A DNA stretch of 60,875 bases from positions 1-60,875 of the forward strand of contig JAZDFE010000030.1 of assembly GCA_043808175.1 (NCBI GenBank), written 5' to 3'. A program made the position numbers and the translations under genes. Origin of the DNA: Candidatus Omnitrophota bacterium. GTDB lineage: Bacteria > Omnitrophota > Omnitrophia > Omnitrophales > Aquincolibacteriaceae. The notes beneath the pieces were generated by a model. It was not told the DNA's origin. It saw nothing but the letters and a program-made list of their open reading frames with translations, and ran no database searches. Of this stretch, positions 37,793 through 48,205 are shown in pieces. Position 1 is the first letter of the stretch; the number at the start of each line of letters is the position of its first letter.

Positions 37793-37910
37793 GTTCACCC
37801 CGTTAGAGACAAGAAGCGCTCGAAGCACTTCCGTCTGTGTTGAAAATTTCTTTAATGATCTTTCTGACCCCTATTGCGAACTCATCTTCCAAAATATCAC
37901 CCGCGAATCT

Positions 37911-38993
37911 CTAGCGGAGTGAATAAGAACTATCCACCAAACAAGGCTCAAACCCTGCCCCCGCGATACATCGGATAAGATCGTCGGAACTTAATCCCTC
38001 GGGAGCATGACTTCCCGCCTCATGCATGACTTTCTCATGAAAATTCGTTCCGCCCACATCATCCGCGCCGAACGAAAGCGCGACTTGAACGAACTTCAAG
38101 TCCGTTGCCGACCCGTGGACCTTGATGTGAGGGATATTATCAAGAAGAAGTCTCGAAATGGAAAGCACTTTTAGGTCTAAAAAACCACTTGCCCGTTCAA
38201 CCTCTCGGAGCGCGTTATTCTCCGGATGATAGGCAAGCGGCACCAATGCGTAAAATCCTCGGGTTTCATCCTGGAGCCGACGCAACTTCAGAAGATGGGA
38301 CACGCGCTGCTCGTCGGTTTCTATGTGTCCGTAAAGCATCGTGGCGTTGGTCTTGATCCCCGCCTTATGCGCGATCCGGTGGATCTCAATCCACTCTTCT
38401 CCTGATATTTTTTGGGGACAAATTTCAGCCCGCACCCCGGGATCAAAGATCTCGGCCCCCCCGCCCGGCATGCCGTTTAACCCGGCCTCTTTTAAGCAGC
38501 GCAGGACTTCGGCCCAGGAAAGCCCCGACTGCTTGGCCATAAAATCTATCTCGGGAGCACTGAACGCCTTAATAAAAATTTCTTCCGCTATCCGTCGTAT
38601 CCGCCGCACCATCTCCAGATAATAGTCGAGCTGAAGCGCGGGATTATGACCGCCCACGATATGGACTTCGTTGATCCGCCAGCGATCGACCGCGTCCCGG
38701 ACTTTTTGTTCGATTTCATCAATTGTCAGCGTGTAGGCGCCAGGCGCATCCGCATCACGAGAAAAGGCGCAGAATTCGCAACGGGTCGAGCAAATGTTTG
38801 TGGGATTGAGGTGGAGATTCCGGGCATAAAAGGCATGCCGTCCATGCATCCGTTCGCGAACCTGATGCGCCATCCGGCCGATCGCAAGAATGTCCGTGCT
38901 CTTAAAAAGCTGCACGCCATCTTCGAAGGAAAGCCTCTCCTGATTCTGGACTTTTTGGAAGACATCCTTGAGGGGACTTGAAGACCCGTCCAT
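37911..38993 (-). CDS. mqnE: CofH/MqnE-family radical SAM enzyme (aminofutalosine synthase-like)
   Basis: NPTNICSTRCEFCAF, PGGGAEIF, NATMLYGHIE. Confidence 0.75.
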   Translation of the reverse strand: MDGSSSPLKDVFQKVQNQERLSFEDGVQLFKSTDILAIGRMAHQVRERMHGRHAFYARNLHLNPTNICSTRCEFCAFSRDADAPGAYTLTIDEIEQKVRDAVDRWRINEVHIVGGHNPALQLDYYLEMVRRIRRIAEEIFIKAFSAPEIDFMAKQSGLSWAEVLRCLKEAGLNGMPGGGAEIFDPGVRAEICPQKISGEEWIEIHRIAHKAGIKTNATMLYGHIETDEQRVSHLLKLRRLQDETRGFYALVPLAYHPENNALREVERASGFLDLKVLSISRLLLDNIPHIKVHGSATDLKFVQVALSFGADDVGGTNFHEKVMHEAGSHAPEGLSSDDLIRCIAGAGFEPCLVDSSYSLR

Positions 38994-39002
38994 GGGAAAT
39001 TT

Positions 39003-40091
39003 TTAAGCTTTGCGCTTTGCGCTTCGCGGTTTACGCTTTTCAATTTCTTTGAAAAGTTCGTCGACGAGCTTATCCTCATCGACCACGCGCTCCTGCCTGC
39101 CCTCCACGTAGATCATGCCCCTTTTCTGGCCACCCGTGATCGCGAAATCCGCCCTTTGCGCTTCGCCGGGGCCGTTCACCGCGCATCCCATCACGGCAAT
39201 CGTAAGGGGGCCTGCGAGCTTCATCGCGCGCGCTTCCACTTCCTGAGCGAGTTTGGCGGTATCGATCTCGGTGCGCCCGCAAGTCGGACACGAGATCACC
39301 CGCACCCCTTGACGAAGGTCTAAAGATTCAAGGATCATCTTTGCGACTTTGACTTCTTCAACAGGATCCGCAGTAAGCGACACGCGGATCGTATCCCCGA
39401 GCCCTTCCTGGAGAAGCGTCCCGATCCCGATCGCGTTATAAATGCTGCCGCGGATGAGCGTCCCGGCCTCGGTAACGCCAAGGTGTAAAGGATAATTGAA
39501 CTTCTGGCTCGCCAGGCGATACGCTGCGATCAAGGTCGGCACATCCGTGGTTTTAAGCGAGATCACGGTATCATAAAAATCCATCGCTTCCAGGATCGCC
39601 ACATGACGACGCGCACTTTCGACCAAGGCTTCGGGGGTGGGTCCGTATTTTTCCATCAGATCTTTCTCAAGCGACCCGGAGTTCACCCCGATGCGGATCG
39701 GAATGTGGCATCGCTTCGCTTTTTCCACAACCTCGGCCACGCGGTCCTTGTCCCCGATGTTGCCGGGATTCAGACGTAATTTGTCGACACCTTCGTCGAT
39801 CGCCATTAAAGCAAATCGATAATTAAAATGGATATCCGCGACGAGAGGGATCTTGACCCTGGACTTGATCTTCCCGAGCGCCTTGACGTCCTCTTCGCCG
39901 GGACAGGCAACACGCACGATCTCGCAGCCGGACTCGACCAAGCGATCGATCTGCTCAAGCGTTGCCTGCACGTTACGCGTCGGGACCTTGGTCATGGACT
40001 GAATGCGGATCGGCTGGCCGTCACCGAGGATAAGATTGCCGACCTTGACGGCTTTTGTTTTTTTTCTTTGGATCGCATTTTGCTTTTTCAT
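39003..40091 (-). CDS. ispG: (E)-4-hydroxy-3-methylbut-2-enyl-diphosphate synthase
   Basis: [40 protein letters not shown]. Confidence 0.97.
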   Translation of the reverse strand: MKKQNAIQRKKTKAVKVGNLILGDGQPIRIQSMTKVPTRNVQATLEQIDRLVESGCEIVRVACPGEEDVKALGKIKSRVKIPLVADIHFNYRFALMAIDEGVDKLRLNPGNIGDKDRVAEVVEKAKRCHIPIRIGVNSGSLEKDLMEKYGPTPEALVESARRHVAILEAMDFYDTVISLKTTDVPTLIAAYRLASQKFNYPLHLGVTEAGTLIRGSIYNAIGIGTLLQEGLGDTIRVSLTADPVEEVKVAKMILESLDLRQGVRVISCPTCGRTEIDTAKLAQEVEARAMKLAGPLTIAVMGCAVNGPGEAQRADFAITGGQKRGMIYVEGRQERVVDEDKLVDELFKEIEKRKPRSAKRKA

Positions 40092-41449
40092 TTTTTCTTC
40101 AAAGCCTGCTTTTTTTCTCCTGTTCCCGTCAAACACTGCGAAAGATTCATGGCACAGAATCCTTCCCCGCACATCGAACAATATTCCCCGTGCCGCGCTT
40201 CACCTTCCGGAAGGCCTTCATCATGCATTTTCTTCGCATTCTCCGGATCAAGCGACAGGGCGTATTGCTTTTCCCAATCGAAATCAAATCGAGCCTTCGC
40301 AAGCGCATCATCCCTCTCCCGGGCGCCCGGCCGGTGACGCGCAATGTCCGCAGCGTGTGCTGCGATCTTATAGGCGATCACGCCCTGCTTCACATCATCG
40401 AGATTCGGAAGCCTCAGATGTTCGCACGGTGTCACGTAACAAAGCATGGCCGCGCCCGCTTGAGCGGCGATCGCCGCGCCGATCGCGGAGGTAAGGTGGT
40501 CATACCCCGGCGCAATGTCCGTCACGAGCGGACCCAAGACATAAAAAGGCGCGCCGTGGCAAATTCTGATCTGACGTTCAATGTTCATGGGAATCTGGTC
40601 CATCGGCACGTGCCCCGGACCTTCCACGATCACCTGCACGTCCTGTTCCCAGGCCCGTAAGGTCAAAGCCCCGAGCGCATCCAGTTCCGCGAACTGTGCC
40701 GCGTCGTTCGCATCGGCGAGACATCCCGGCCGCATCCCGTCCCCGAGACTGATCGTCACGTCGTATTTTTTACAGATCTCAAGCAATCGGTCGAAGTGCG
40801 TAAAAAGAAAATTCTGTTTTTGATGAGCCTTGCACCAACGCGCGAGGATCGCGCCGCCACGGCTCACCACGCCCGTCACACGGTTCTCGATGAGAGGCAG
40901 ATGTTCCAACAGCACTCCCGCGTGGATCGTCATAAAATCCACGCCCTGCCGGGCTTGATGCTCGATCACCTCGAACATGACCTCCGGCGTCAACGCCTCC
41001 AGTTTCCCATTCACCCGTTCGAGCGCCTCATAGATCGGCACGGTTCCCACTGGCACTGTGGTCGCACGGAGGATCGCTTCACGTGTTTCATCTAGTTGTT
41101 TTCCAGTCGAAAGATCCATCACGGTATCTGCCCCGAATTTGACCGCGAGCTTTACCTTCTCCACTTCCGTCTGAATGTCCGAACCCAACGCGGAATTCCC
41201 GAGGTTCGCGTTGATCTTGCAGCGAACGCTTATTCCGATCCCCACCGGCCGCAGGTCCCGGTGATTTACGTTCGCACAAATCACAAGCCGTCCGGCTGCC
41301 ACCTCTTCCCGGACAAATTCCGGTGAAAGCCTTTCCTCGACCGCCACGTGGTTCATTTCTTCCGTCACGATCCCCTGGCGGGCGTAGCGCATCTGGGAAC
41401 GGTTCGCATCTTTTTCCCGTTTAGCTATCCATTCGTCTCGAAATGACAT
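40088..41449 (-). CDS. thiC: Phosphomethylpyrimidine synthase
   Basis: KINANLG, MDLSTG, SRGG, EGPGH, CSMCG..FC. Confidence 0.97.
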   Translation of the reverse strand: MSFRDEWIAKREKDANRSQMRYARQGIVTEEMNHVAVEERLSPEFVREEVAAGRLVICANVNHRDLRPVGIGISVRCKINANLGNSALGSDIQTEVEKVKLAVKFGADTVMDLSTGKQLDETREAILRATTVPVGTVPIYEALERVNGKLEALTPEVMFEVIEHQARQGVDFMTIHAGVLLEHLPLIENRVTGVVSRGGAILARWCKAHQKQNFLFTHFDRLLEICKKYDVTISLGDGMRPGCLADANDAAQFAELDALGALTLRAWEQDVQVIVEGPGHVPMDQIPMNIERQIRICHGAPFYVLGPLVTDIAPGYDHLTSAIGAAIAAQAGAAMLCYVTPCEHLRLPNLDDVKQGVIAYKIAAHAADIARHRPGARERDDALAKARFDFDWEKQYALSLDPENAKKMHDEGLPEGEARHGEYCSMCGEGFCAMNLSQCLTGTGEKKQALKKK

Positions 41450-41479
41450 GTTTTCCTCAAGTAATACCTTTCGCAACAT

Positions 41480-42634
41480 TCAGTGAAATGCCGTCTCGAC
41501 AACATGGCGGCTCTCGTGCCACCACCCACCCAGTTCTTTGGGAAAATACTTCATCGGATTTTTTTTGAGTTCGCGGGTCGTCATTAACGCTCGGTAAGGC
41601 CACTTCCCGATACGATCTTGCATACGCCGCGCCAAAACCTCAACCTCTGTTGAAGTGCTGACCCGAACCATCGTATAAAGTGAGTACGGAAACTCCGTAA
41701 AGACCGGCCGCCGGTCCGCATAAAGCACTTCGCTGAATCCCGCGATCTCGGATCCTATCCGTTCGAGCTTTTCTTCCGGAATCTGCCAAACCACTAAAGT
41801 CTTCGCACCCGAAAGAAACACCTCGGATCTTGGAAAACTTCCGATCCGTTTAAGGTATCCTTTTTTCGCCAGCGCCTTTACCCACTCTAGCGCTTGATTC
41901 TCCGAAATCCCGAGATCTGCGGCAATCTTCCGGTAAGGTGCGTCCGTAAGCGGAAAGGGCTCTTGCAATTGCCGGATCATCTCAATCTCTTTCGCGGACG
42001 GCCCATCCTTCCGTGCGACCCCGGCGGGAGCTTGATGCTCTTGTCCGGTCCGCGCCGTCAAATGTGGAAATCCTGCGGCGCGCCGCCTCTTAAAGTGCTC
42101 ATCCATGGCCGGAAATGTTCCCGCATCCAAAGAGCTCAAAAGATCGGATCCCTTGAACACCTTGCGCACGGGCAAGAATAAGGCCTTCTGAATGCCCGCA
42201 AGTTTTTCAAGACATTTGACATGCAACTCCAGATCATGACCCGCCGGAGCCGCGATAAAAAACCAGAGATTGAACTCGTGTTCACGCTCACAACCATAGA
42301 CCACGCCCGGATGCCGACCAAAAACCTCCGCGCAGGATTCGAGTTCTCCAGAGCTGAGTTGCGTCGAAGACCCATCCCTCGGCACAGCTTCGCCGAGAGC
42401 TTGACGCTCCGGCCCGACCTTTACCGCAACCCAGGCGCTTTGATAATGGAATGTGCGCGGGTTCAGGATGGCCTTGATCCCCGCGAAAATCCCTTCCTGT
42501 TTAAGACGCTGGATACGAACCAGAAGTTCCGCGCTGTCTGCATCGATCTTCGCGGACAAAACATCGAAGGGCCGCAAAGTCAAAGAAAGCCCGTTATGGA
42601 GATAGGTCAAAAGAAGACGATCTTTTTCATCCAT
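41480..42634 (-). CDS. Fused AhbA/AhbB (NirD/L/G/H)-like Lrp/AsnC protein, degenerate
   Basis: Two wHTH plus AsnC-like units (LTLRPF; LQEPFPLTDAPY; FNLWF; FPYSLYTM; RELKK); carries two ~20-aa insertions. Confidence 0.75.
   Translation of the reverse strand: MDEKDRLLLTYLHNGLSLTLRPFDVLSAKIDADSAELLVRIQRLKQEGIFAGIKAILNPRTFHYQSAWVAVKVGPERQALGEAVPRDGSSTQLSSGELESCAEVFGRHPGVVYGCEREHEFNLWFFIAAPAGHDLELHVKCLEKLAGIQKALFLPVRKVFKGSDLLSSLDAGTFPAMDEHFKRRRAAGFPHLTARTGQEHQAPAGVARKDGPSAKEIEMIRQLQEPFPLTDAPYRKIAADLGISENQALEWVKALAKKGYLKRIGSFPRSEVFLSGAKTLVVWQIPEEKLERIGSEIAGFSEVLYADRRPVFTEFPYSLYTMVRVSTSTEVEVLARRMQDRIGKWPYRALMTTRELKKNPMKYFPKELGGWWHESRHVVETAFH
41993..42054 (-). repeat. Palindromic insertion (family E) in frame
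   Basis: cgcggac/gtccgcg ends; core encodes EHQAPAGVARKDGPS. Confidence 0.7.
42348..42412 (-). repeat. Palindromic insertion (family E) in frame
   Basis: ccggagc/gctctgg ends, inner ctcggc/gccgag; core encodes ERQALGEAVPRDGSS. Confidence 0.7.
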
Positions 42635-42766
42635 AGGAGCTATTGTTCGGGACCTCCGGAAGGTTCGCTCAATGCTTGAAAGCATGATAACTGAGGGAGC
42701 AGGATTTGTCCATCAACGCAAGTCGCACTCAACAGAAGTGGAAATCAGAAGATCTTTGAGGAAAAA

Positions 42767-43075
42767 TTAGAGCGCCAGAGCCGCATACTTGGCGTAGGGA
42801 GCGCCACCGCGGGCGACATCCACCACCCCGCCCACCACCCCCGCTAAGGTCTGAACAGTCCCGCGTATCGCTCCGGTCACGAGCCCGAATGGGAACATCA
42901 CGCGCCCGGAATCCTGAAACATGGCCTTCGGAATAGCGAACACGCCCCCCACGATCTTGCCGACTCCACGCGTGGCGTAGGCAATGTTCTCACCCGTTCC
43001 GGCATAAACAGGAAAAGACACAAGTAACACGTCAGAGATCAGCAAGAAGGCCAAGAAGGTTTTGAGATTTTTCAT
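42767..43075 (-). CDS. Small exported/membrane hypothetical protein
   Basis: Signal peptide (VYA), Gly-rich hydrophobic helices. Confidence 0.7.
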   Translation of the reverse strand: MKNLKTFLAFLLISDVLLVSFPVYAGTGENIAYATRGVGKIVGGVFAIPKAMFQDSGRVMFPFGLVTGAIRGTVQTLAGVVGGVVDVARGGAPYAKYAALAL

Positions 43076-43148
43076 CGTCGGATACCTTCTTTTGTTATCG
43101 GCATTAAAGATTTGAACTTTCGTGGATTTTGGCTATGATAACGCACCT

Positions 43149-44066
43149 ATGAAGAATATCCTTGTGACGGGCGGTTCCGGTTTTATCGGCTCGAACATCG
43201 CTCTGGAACTCCAATCTCGCCTTCCTGAAGCCCGCATCACGGTTCTGGAGGACTTCCGCAGTTCCTGTTTTAAGAACCTCCTCGGCTTTAAGGGCGACCT
43301 CTTGGCTTACGACTGTTCGGGCAAAACCTGGATGAGCTGGGCCAAGGGCAAAAAGCTTGACATAATTTACCATATGGCCGCCATCACGGACACGACTATC
43401 CTCGATGAGCAAAAGATGATGTTTGATAATGTCGAAGGCTTTCGTAATGTCCTCGATCTTGCCGTCGAGAAGAAAGCCGCCGTGGTCTACGCCTCCTCCG
43501 CCGCAACCTACGGCTCGATCGACCGGCCCATCAAAGAATCTGACGCGGGTCATCCTAACAATATCTATGGCTACTCCAAATGGATCATGGATCAGCTTGC
43601 TCCCTTCTATTATGACAAGGTCAAGGTGATCGGACTGCGGTTCTTCAACGTCTTCGGCCCCCGGGAATGTTACAAAGAACATGCCGCCAGCATGATCTAC
43701 CAGCTCGCGCTCAAAATGATGGAGGGCCATCGCCCCCGTATTTTTAAATGGGGTGAACAGAAACGCGATCATATCTATGTCAAAGATGTCGTTGCAGCCA
43801 CGCTTATGGCGCAAAAAGCCAGGGCGTCCACCGTCATGAACCTCGGCACCGGTCAGGCAACTTCCTTTAATGAGATCGTGAACGCGCTCAATGAAGCGCT
43901 TGGGACAAATCACAAGCCCGATTACTTCGACAATCCCTACGTTTTTTATCAGAATTTCACGCAGGCGGATATGAGCCACCATGAAACAATGACGGGCTTC
44001 CGCTGCCGCTACACCACTCGTGAAGGTATCCTCGATTACGTCCGGAACTATTTGCTTAAAAAATAA
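43149..44066 (+). CDS. rfaD: ADP-L-glycero-D-manno-heptose 6-epimerase
   Basis: TGGSGFIGSN, YASSAATYG, YGYSK, RFFNVFG, YQNFTQAD. Confidence 0.9.
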   Translation: MKNILVTGGSGFIGSNIALELQSRLPEARITVLEDFRSSCFKNLLGFKGDLLAYDCSGKTWMSWAKGKKLDIIYHMAAITDTTILDEQKMMFDNVEGFRNVLDLAVEKKAAVVYASSAATYGSIDRPIKESDAGHPNNIYGYSKWIMDQLAPFYYDKVKVIGLRFFNVFGPRECYKEHAASMIYQLALKMMEGHRPRIFKWGEQKRDHIYVKDVVAATLMAQKARASTVMNLGTGQATSFNEIVNALNEALGTNHKPDYFDNPYVFYQNFTQADMSHHETMTGFRCRYTTREGILDYVRNYLLKK

Positions 44067-44189
44067 ATTCGTTTATCGGGTGGCGGATGGCGCAAAAATG
44101 GTTTTTCCCATTCCGTTTTTTCATTGTTCTCCGGCCACTTCCCGCTGCCCTGGTCTTTGTTCCGCTTGCCAAAACAAAGGAATCCGCTA

Positions 44190-44353
44190 GACTATCCTTG
44201 TCTAAGGTTTTTTTCTTAAATGGTCGACATGCTGATTTTTGTTCAAAATGAAGGTCAATCAGTATAGTTTCAACCACCTTTAAGTTTTTTATTGGGTTGG
44301 GACAAGGATTGCCCCAATTTCAGATTCTCTGAAATTGATAAGAATTGGGACTA
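44190..44353. repeat. Nested palindromic elements
   Basis: Host stem atccttgtc/gacaaggat split by a 75-bp two-hairpin insert bounded by gacatg and gacaag. Confidence 0.8.
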
Positions 44354-44358
44354 AAGCC

Positions 44359-45411
44359 ATGAAACGCGAACAATTCATCTCTTTTTTCTTCATTGCTATC
44401 CTGGGCTTTATTGTTTACGAGGTCTTTAACATCTTCGCGCCGTTCTTCACGGCTATTTTCTGGGCGGCGATCCTCGCGTTTGCATTTTATCCTCTCTACG
44501 AAAAACTGCGCAAATGGTTTCCTAAACGGAACAATTCCATCGCGCTCCTCATGACCGTCGCGGTATTCCTCGTGGTCATTCCCCCCCTCGTCTTCATTAT
44601 CATCAACATGACCACGCAGATCATCGAATTTTCTCAGTGGGCTTACAATTATGTCCGCGATGGGAAGCTGGAACAACTGGTCGAACAGGTCCGGGGGCTT
44701 CCCTGGTTCCAGAATATCCAGGCCCACATCTTCGCGTCGCAAACACTCAAAGACAGCCTGTCTTCGTGGTCCCTCGGAACCACCAAGACTCTCGGAAACC
44801 TCGCCGCGACTCAGGCTGGGACTTTTACCAAGAACATCTTCTTTGTCATCTTGAATGTTTTCTTCATGTCCTTCCTAACCTTCATCTTTTTCAAACATGG
44901 GGAAAAGATTTACAATTTTATTTATGAGATCGCGCCGTTCGAGAAAGAGACCAAAAGGGCTCTTTTCAAGCAGATCCATGAAACGTTTGTCGCGGTCATC
45001 CGGGGACAGCTCCTGACAAGCGTCACGCAGGCAGCCGTGGCGGGCATCATTTTCACGGCTTTGGGGATCCCGCTCCCGCTTTTTTTCACATTCCTGATCT
45101 TCCTGACCTCGCTCATCCCGATCCTTGGCGCGGCAAGCGTGTGGTTCCCGATCGCAGTTTATCTTTTAATCACGCAGCTCTACGGCAAGGCGATCGTTCT
45201 TTTCGTGGTGGGTTTTTTCGGGATCAGCCTCATTGATAATTTCATGAAACCAGCGATCATCGGAGAGAGAACCAAACTCCCCTATTTCCTTCTTTTCTTC
45301 GGGATCATGGGGGGCATGAAATTTTACGGCCTGATGGGGATCTTTCTGGCGCCGGCGGTACTTTCAATCTTTTTTGCACTGATCAAGATCTACCGCGAAA
45401 AATACGTCTGA
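44359..45411 (+). CDS. AI-2E family transporter
   Basis: WAAILAFAFYP, IPILG, DNFMKP, GLMGIFLAP. Confidence 0.92.
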   Translation: MKREQFISFFFIAILGFIVYEVFNIFAPFFTAIFWAAILAFAFYPLYEKLRKWFPKRNNSIALLMTVAVFLVVIPPLVFIIINMTTQIIEFSQWAYNYVRDGKLEQLVEQVRGLPWFQNIQAHIFASQTLKDSLSSWSLGTTKTLGNLAATQAGTFTKNIFFVILNVFFMSFLTFIFFKHGEKIYNFIYEIAPFEKETKRALFKQIHETFVAVIRGQLLTSVTQAAVAGIIFTALGIPLPLFFTFLIFLTSLIPILGAASVWFPIAVYLLITQLYGKAIVLFVVGFFGISLIDNFMKPAIIGERTKLPYFLLFFGIMGGMKFYGLMGIFLAPAVLSIFFALIKIYREKYV

Positions 45412-45479
45412 CCTTTCGAAATATTCTTTCTTTTCCAGCCCTTCCGGCGGACAAAGCAACCCGGAGAATCGACCCTCTC

Positions 45480-46586
45480 CTAATCTCCGAGGATCTTTGT
45501 GTCTTGACCGATCTGGATGCCTTTCATTAGAGATCGGAGATCTTCCGGCGATGGACTCGCGGCGATCGCGCTCTCTGGGCTGATCCGCCCGACCTTCCAA
45601 AGCTCCAGAAGCGACTGGTCCATCGTTTGCATGCCTTCTTCACGGGCATTGCGGATCGCTTGCGGGATCTTGTCGATTTTTTTTTCGAGGATCAGCTGCT
45701 TGATCGTATAATTCCCCAGAAGCACCTCGGCAGCAGGCACGAGCGTTTTCCCGTCCTTAGCCCCTAAAAGTTTCTGGACCACAATGCAGGACATGTTGGC
45801 CGCAAAATAACGTAAGGTCGCTTCTCTCTCCTGAGGCGGGAAGAATCCTAAAACGCGATCAAAAACCTGAGTCGCGGATTGGGCGTGAACGGTGGAGATG
45901 ATAAGTCTCCCCACCTCGGCCGCGGAAAGTGCGAAGCTGAAGGATTCCGCGTCTCGCATCTCACCGATGACGATCACGTCGGGGGACTGACGCACTATGT
46001 ATTTCAGGGCCGAACTAAAACTTTCCGCATCTCGCCCGATCTCGCGCTGCTGAATGAGACACTTTTCGTCTTCGTGCATATATTCAATGGGATCTTCGAT
46101 CGTGAGAATATGTTTCTGGACACTTTCGTTCATGGTCCGGATCATGGCCGACGCTGTGGTGGTCTTCCCGGAAGAAACCGTGCCACCGATCAAAATAATG
46201 CCGGATTTTTCGAGTGCAACCCTTTTCAGGACTGGCGGCAACCCGAGTTCTTCGAAGCTCGGAATGCCTCGCCAGAGCAACCGGAACACCAGGGAGATAT
46301 CCCCCTGCTGGAAGAATGCATTGGCCCGAAAACGGCAGTTCTTTTCGTGAAAGGAGAAGCCAAAATCTACGCTTTTATTTTTTTTTAGGATTTCCTTCTG
46401 TGAAAGATCCAGAAGCTCATCAACAAGCTCACGGATCTCTGCTGCAGAAGGTGCCTTCAAGTGTAACGATACCACCTGCCCGCCAAGACGCATATGGGGA
46501 GACGCACCCGCCTTTAAAAAAACATCCTGTCCTTTTTGTTCAATGACCTTTTCAAGGCAGGATTTCAAGAAAGCATTCGTGTCCAT
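45480..46586 (-). CDS. PilT/PilU family type IV pilus retraction ATPase
   Basis: RFRANAF, GTVSSGKTT, TIEDPIE, IGEMRD, GMQTMDQ. Confidence 0.92.
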   Translation of the reverse strand: MDTNAFLKSCLEKVIEQKGQDVFLKAGASPHMRLGGQVVSLHLKAPSAAEIRELVDELLDLSQKEILKKNKSVDFGFSFHEKNCRFRANAFFQQGDISLVFRLLWRGIPSFEELGLPPVLKRVALEKSGIILIGGTVSSGKTTTASAMIRTMNESVQKHILTIEDPIEYMHEDEKCLIQQREIGRDAESFSSALKYIVRQSPDVIVIGEMRDAESFSFALSAAEVGRLIISTVHAQSATQVFDRVLGFFPPQEREATLRYFAANMSCIVVQKLLGAKDGKTLVPAAEVLLGNYTIKQLILEKKIDKIPQAIRNAREEGMQTMDQSLLELWKVGRISPESAIAASPSPEDLRSLMKGIQIGQDTKILGD

Positions 46587-46766
46587 GAGACTCCTTTTAT
46601 GTCGTGTATCCTTTAAAATAACAGTTTATTTTAACAGTCTGGCAAGGGCACTGCAATAGTCCTCTTATTCTTGAGGGAAAAATAGGTTTTCTTTTTATAA
46701 CGGACTCGGATATCATAAGAGCATTCTCGCTTGAAGGGACACGTAAACTTCTGAGGGCACGGCAGC

Positions 46767-48143
46767 ATGAGGATCACGGAAAAGACCCCGGCAGGAGAGA
46801 TTTACAAAAAAGCCTATCACCTTTATCAACTCCGCATCCTCGCCATTCTTTTCCTCATTCCCCTTTATGTCTTAACCTGCAAATGGGGAAATTTCACGGT
46901 CGAAAACATTTGGTCGCTTTATCTCGTGATCGCGGTCGAGCTTTTCGCGAACCGCCCTTATAAGGTTTTTTTTCGCGATGCCCAATCGGGGACCGAAGCT
47001 TTGATCGCTTCGGTCATTATCGACTTTTTGGCAGAAACCGCCGCCCTGCACCTTTTGGGAAACGTGGATCTTTTCATTTACACTTCCTGTTTTTTCATCT
47101 CCATCGTCTACTGCGCGCTGAATCTACCGACCGTCCTGACCATGCAAATGGCCACGCTTGCCTCGGCCCTTTATGCGGGGCTGATCGTTCTCGGACGTTT
47201 TCATATTATCCCCAATACCGTCTCGTTCGGACCCGGCCTGAGTCCGGTCCAAGAAACCGCCATCATCTTCCGGCATATCGCTTTCTTCTACTTGATCGCG
47301 ATCTTTATAAGATCCCTGTCTTCAGCTCTCGTGAACAAGGACGACCGTCTCGAGGAACTTCTTCGGGAACTCCGGAAAACGAGCGATCAGGTCAAGTACG
47401 CCTATCACATACAAACCGATTATTTCGCCCGCATGAGCCACGAGATCCGCGCGCCGCTGAACTCGATCTTGGGCTTTTCCCAGCTCTTACTTGAAGGCCC
47501 GACCGAAACCCTCACGGAAAAACAAAAGGATTTCCTTTCCCGCGTCGAGCGAAGCGCCAAGCATCTTCGCGAGCTCATCAATGATGTTCTTGATCTTTCA
47601 AAGATCGAGTCCAAAAAGATGCGCCTGGAACTCCATGAGATCGAGCTCGTTAAGATCATCCATACAGCGCTTGAAGTTTTTAATGAAGAAGCTCTCATGA
47701 AAGGTTTGACCCTCGGATTTAAAAAAACCCCGGCCAGCTTCAGGATCACGGCGGACGAACTCAAGATCAGGCAGGTACTCTACAATCTCCTCTCGAACTC
47801 TCTCAAATTCACCCAGCAAGGCTTTGTCTCTATTGCCTTGGAAAAAGAGATCGATGGCGGAGCGAGGATCACGGTCGAAGATTCGGGGCCCGGAATTGCC
47901 TTGAAAGATCAGACGGCTATCTTCCAGCCTTATGAGGTGACAGGGCGCACACCTGATGAGGGCGGCCAGAAGGGAACAGGACTGGGACTCGCTATCAGTA
48001 AACAATTAGTGGAGATGCACGGCGGAAAGATCTGGGTCGAAAGCGAGCCCGGAAAAGGGTCCCGATTCATTGTCACACTCCCCCCGGTGCCCCCGACGCC
48101 CGCGCAAAACGCTTTGCCGGTGGGCCCCAACGCGGCCGTTTAG
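46767..48143 (+). CDS. Membrane sensor histidine kinase
   Basis: Multi-TM N-terminus, MSHEIRAPLN H-box, NLLSN, DSGPGI, GTGLGL. Confidence 0.93.
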   Translation: MRITEKTPAGEIYKKAYHLYQLRILAILFLIPLYVLTCKWGNFTVENIWSLYLVIAVELFANRPYKVFFRDAQSGTEALIASVIIDFLAETAALHLLGNVDLFIYTSCFFISIVYCALNLPTVLTMQMATLASALYAGLIVLGRFHIIPNTVSFGPGLSPVQETAIIFRHIAFFYLIAIFIRSLSSALVNKDDRLEELLRELRKTSDQVKYAYHIQTDYFARMSHEIRAPLNSILGFSQLLLEGPTETLTEKQKDFLSRVERSAKHLRELINDVLDLSKIESKKMRLELHEIELVKIIHTALEVFNEEALMKGLTLGFKKTPASFRITADELKIRQVLYNLLSNSLKFTQQGFVSIALEKEIDGGARITVEDSGPGIALKDQTAIFQPYEVTGRTPDEGGQKGTGLGLAISKQLVEMHGGKIWVESEPGKGSRFIVTLPPVPPTPAQNALPVGPNAAV

Positions 48144-48205
48144 TATACCGCCCTCCTTTGGTTAGGGGCACTCTGCGGACCCTTAGGATTCATAATAACG
48201 CAACG

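Noticed and set aside
41449-42760. TPP riboswitch for thiC
   Set aside because: No CTGAGA...ACCTG core seen; only 30 bp separate thiC from the upstream gene
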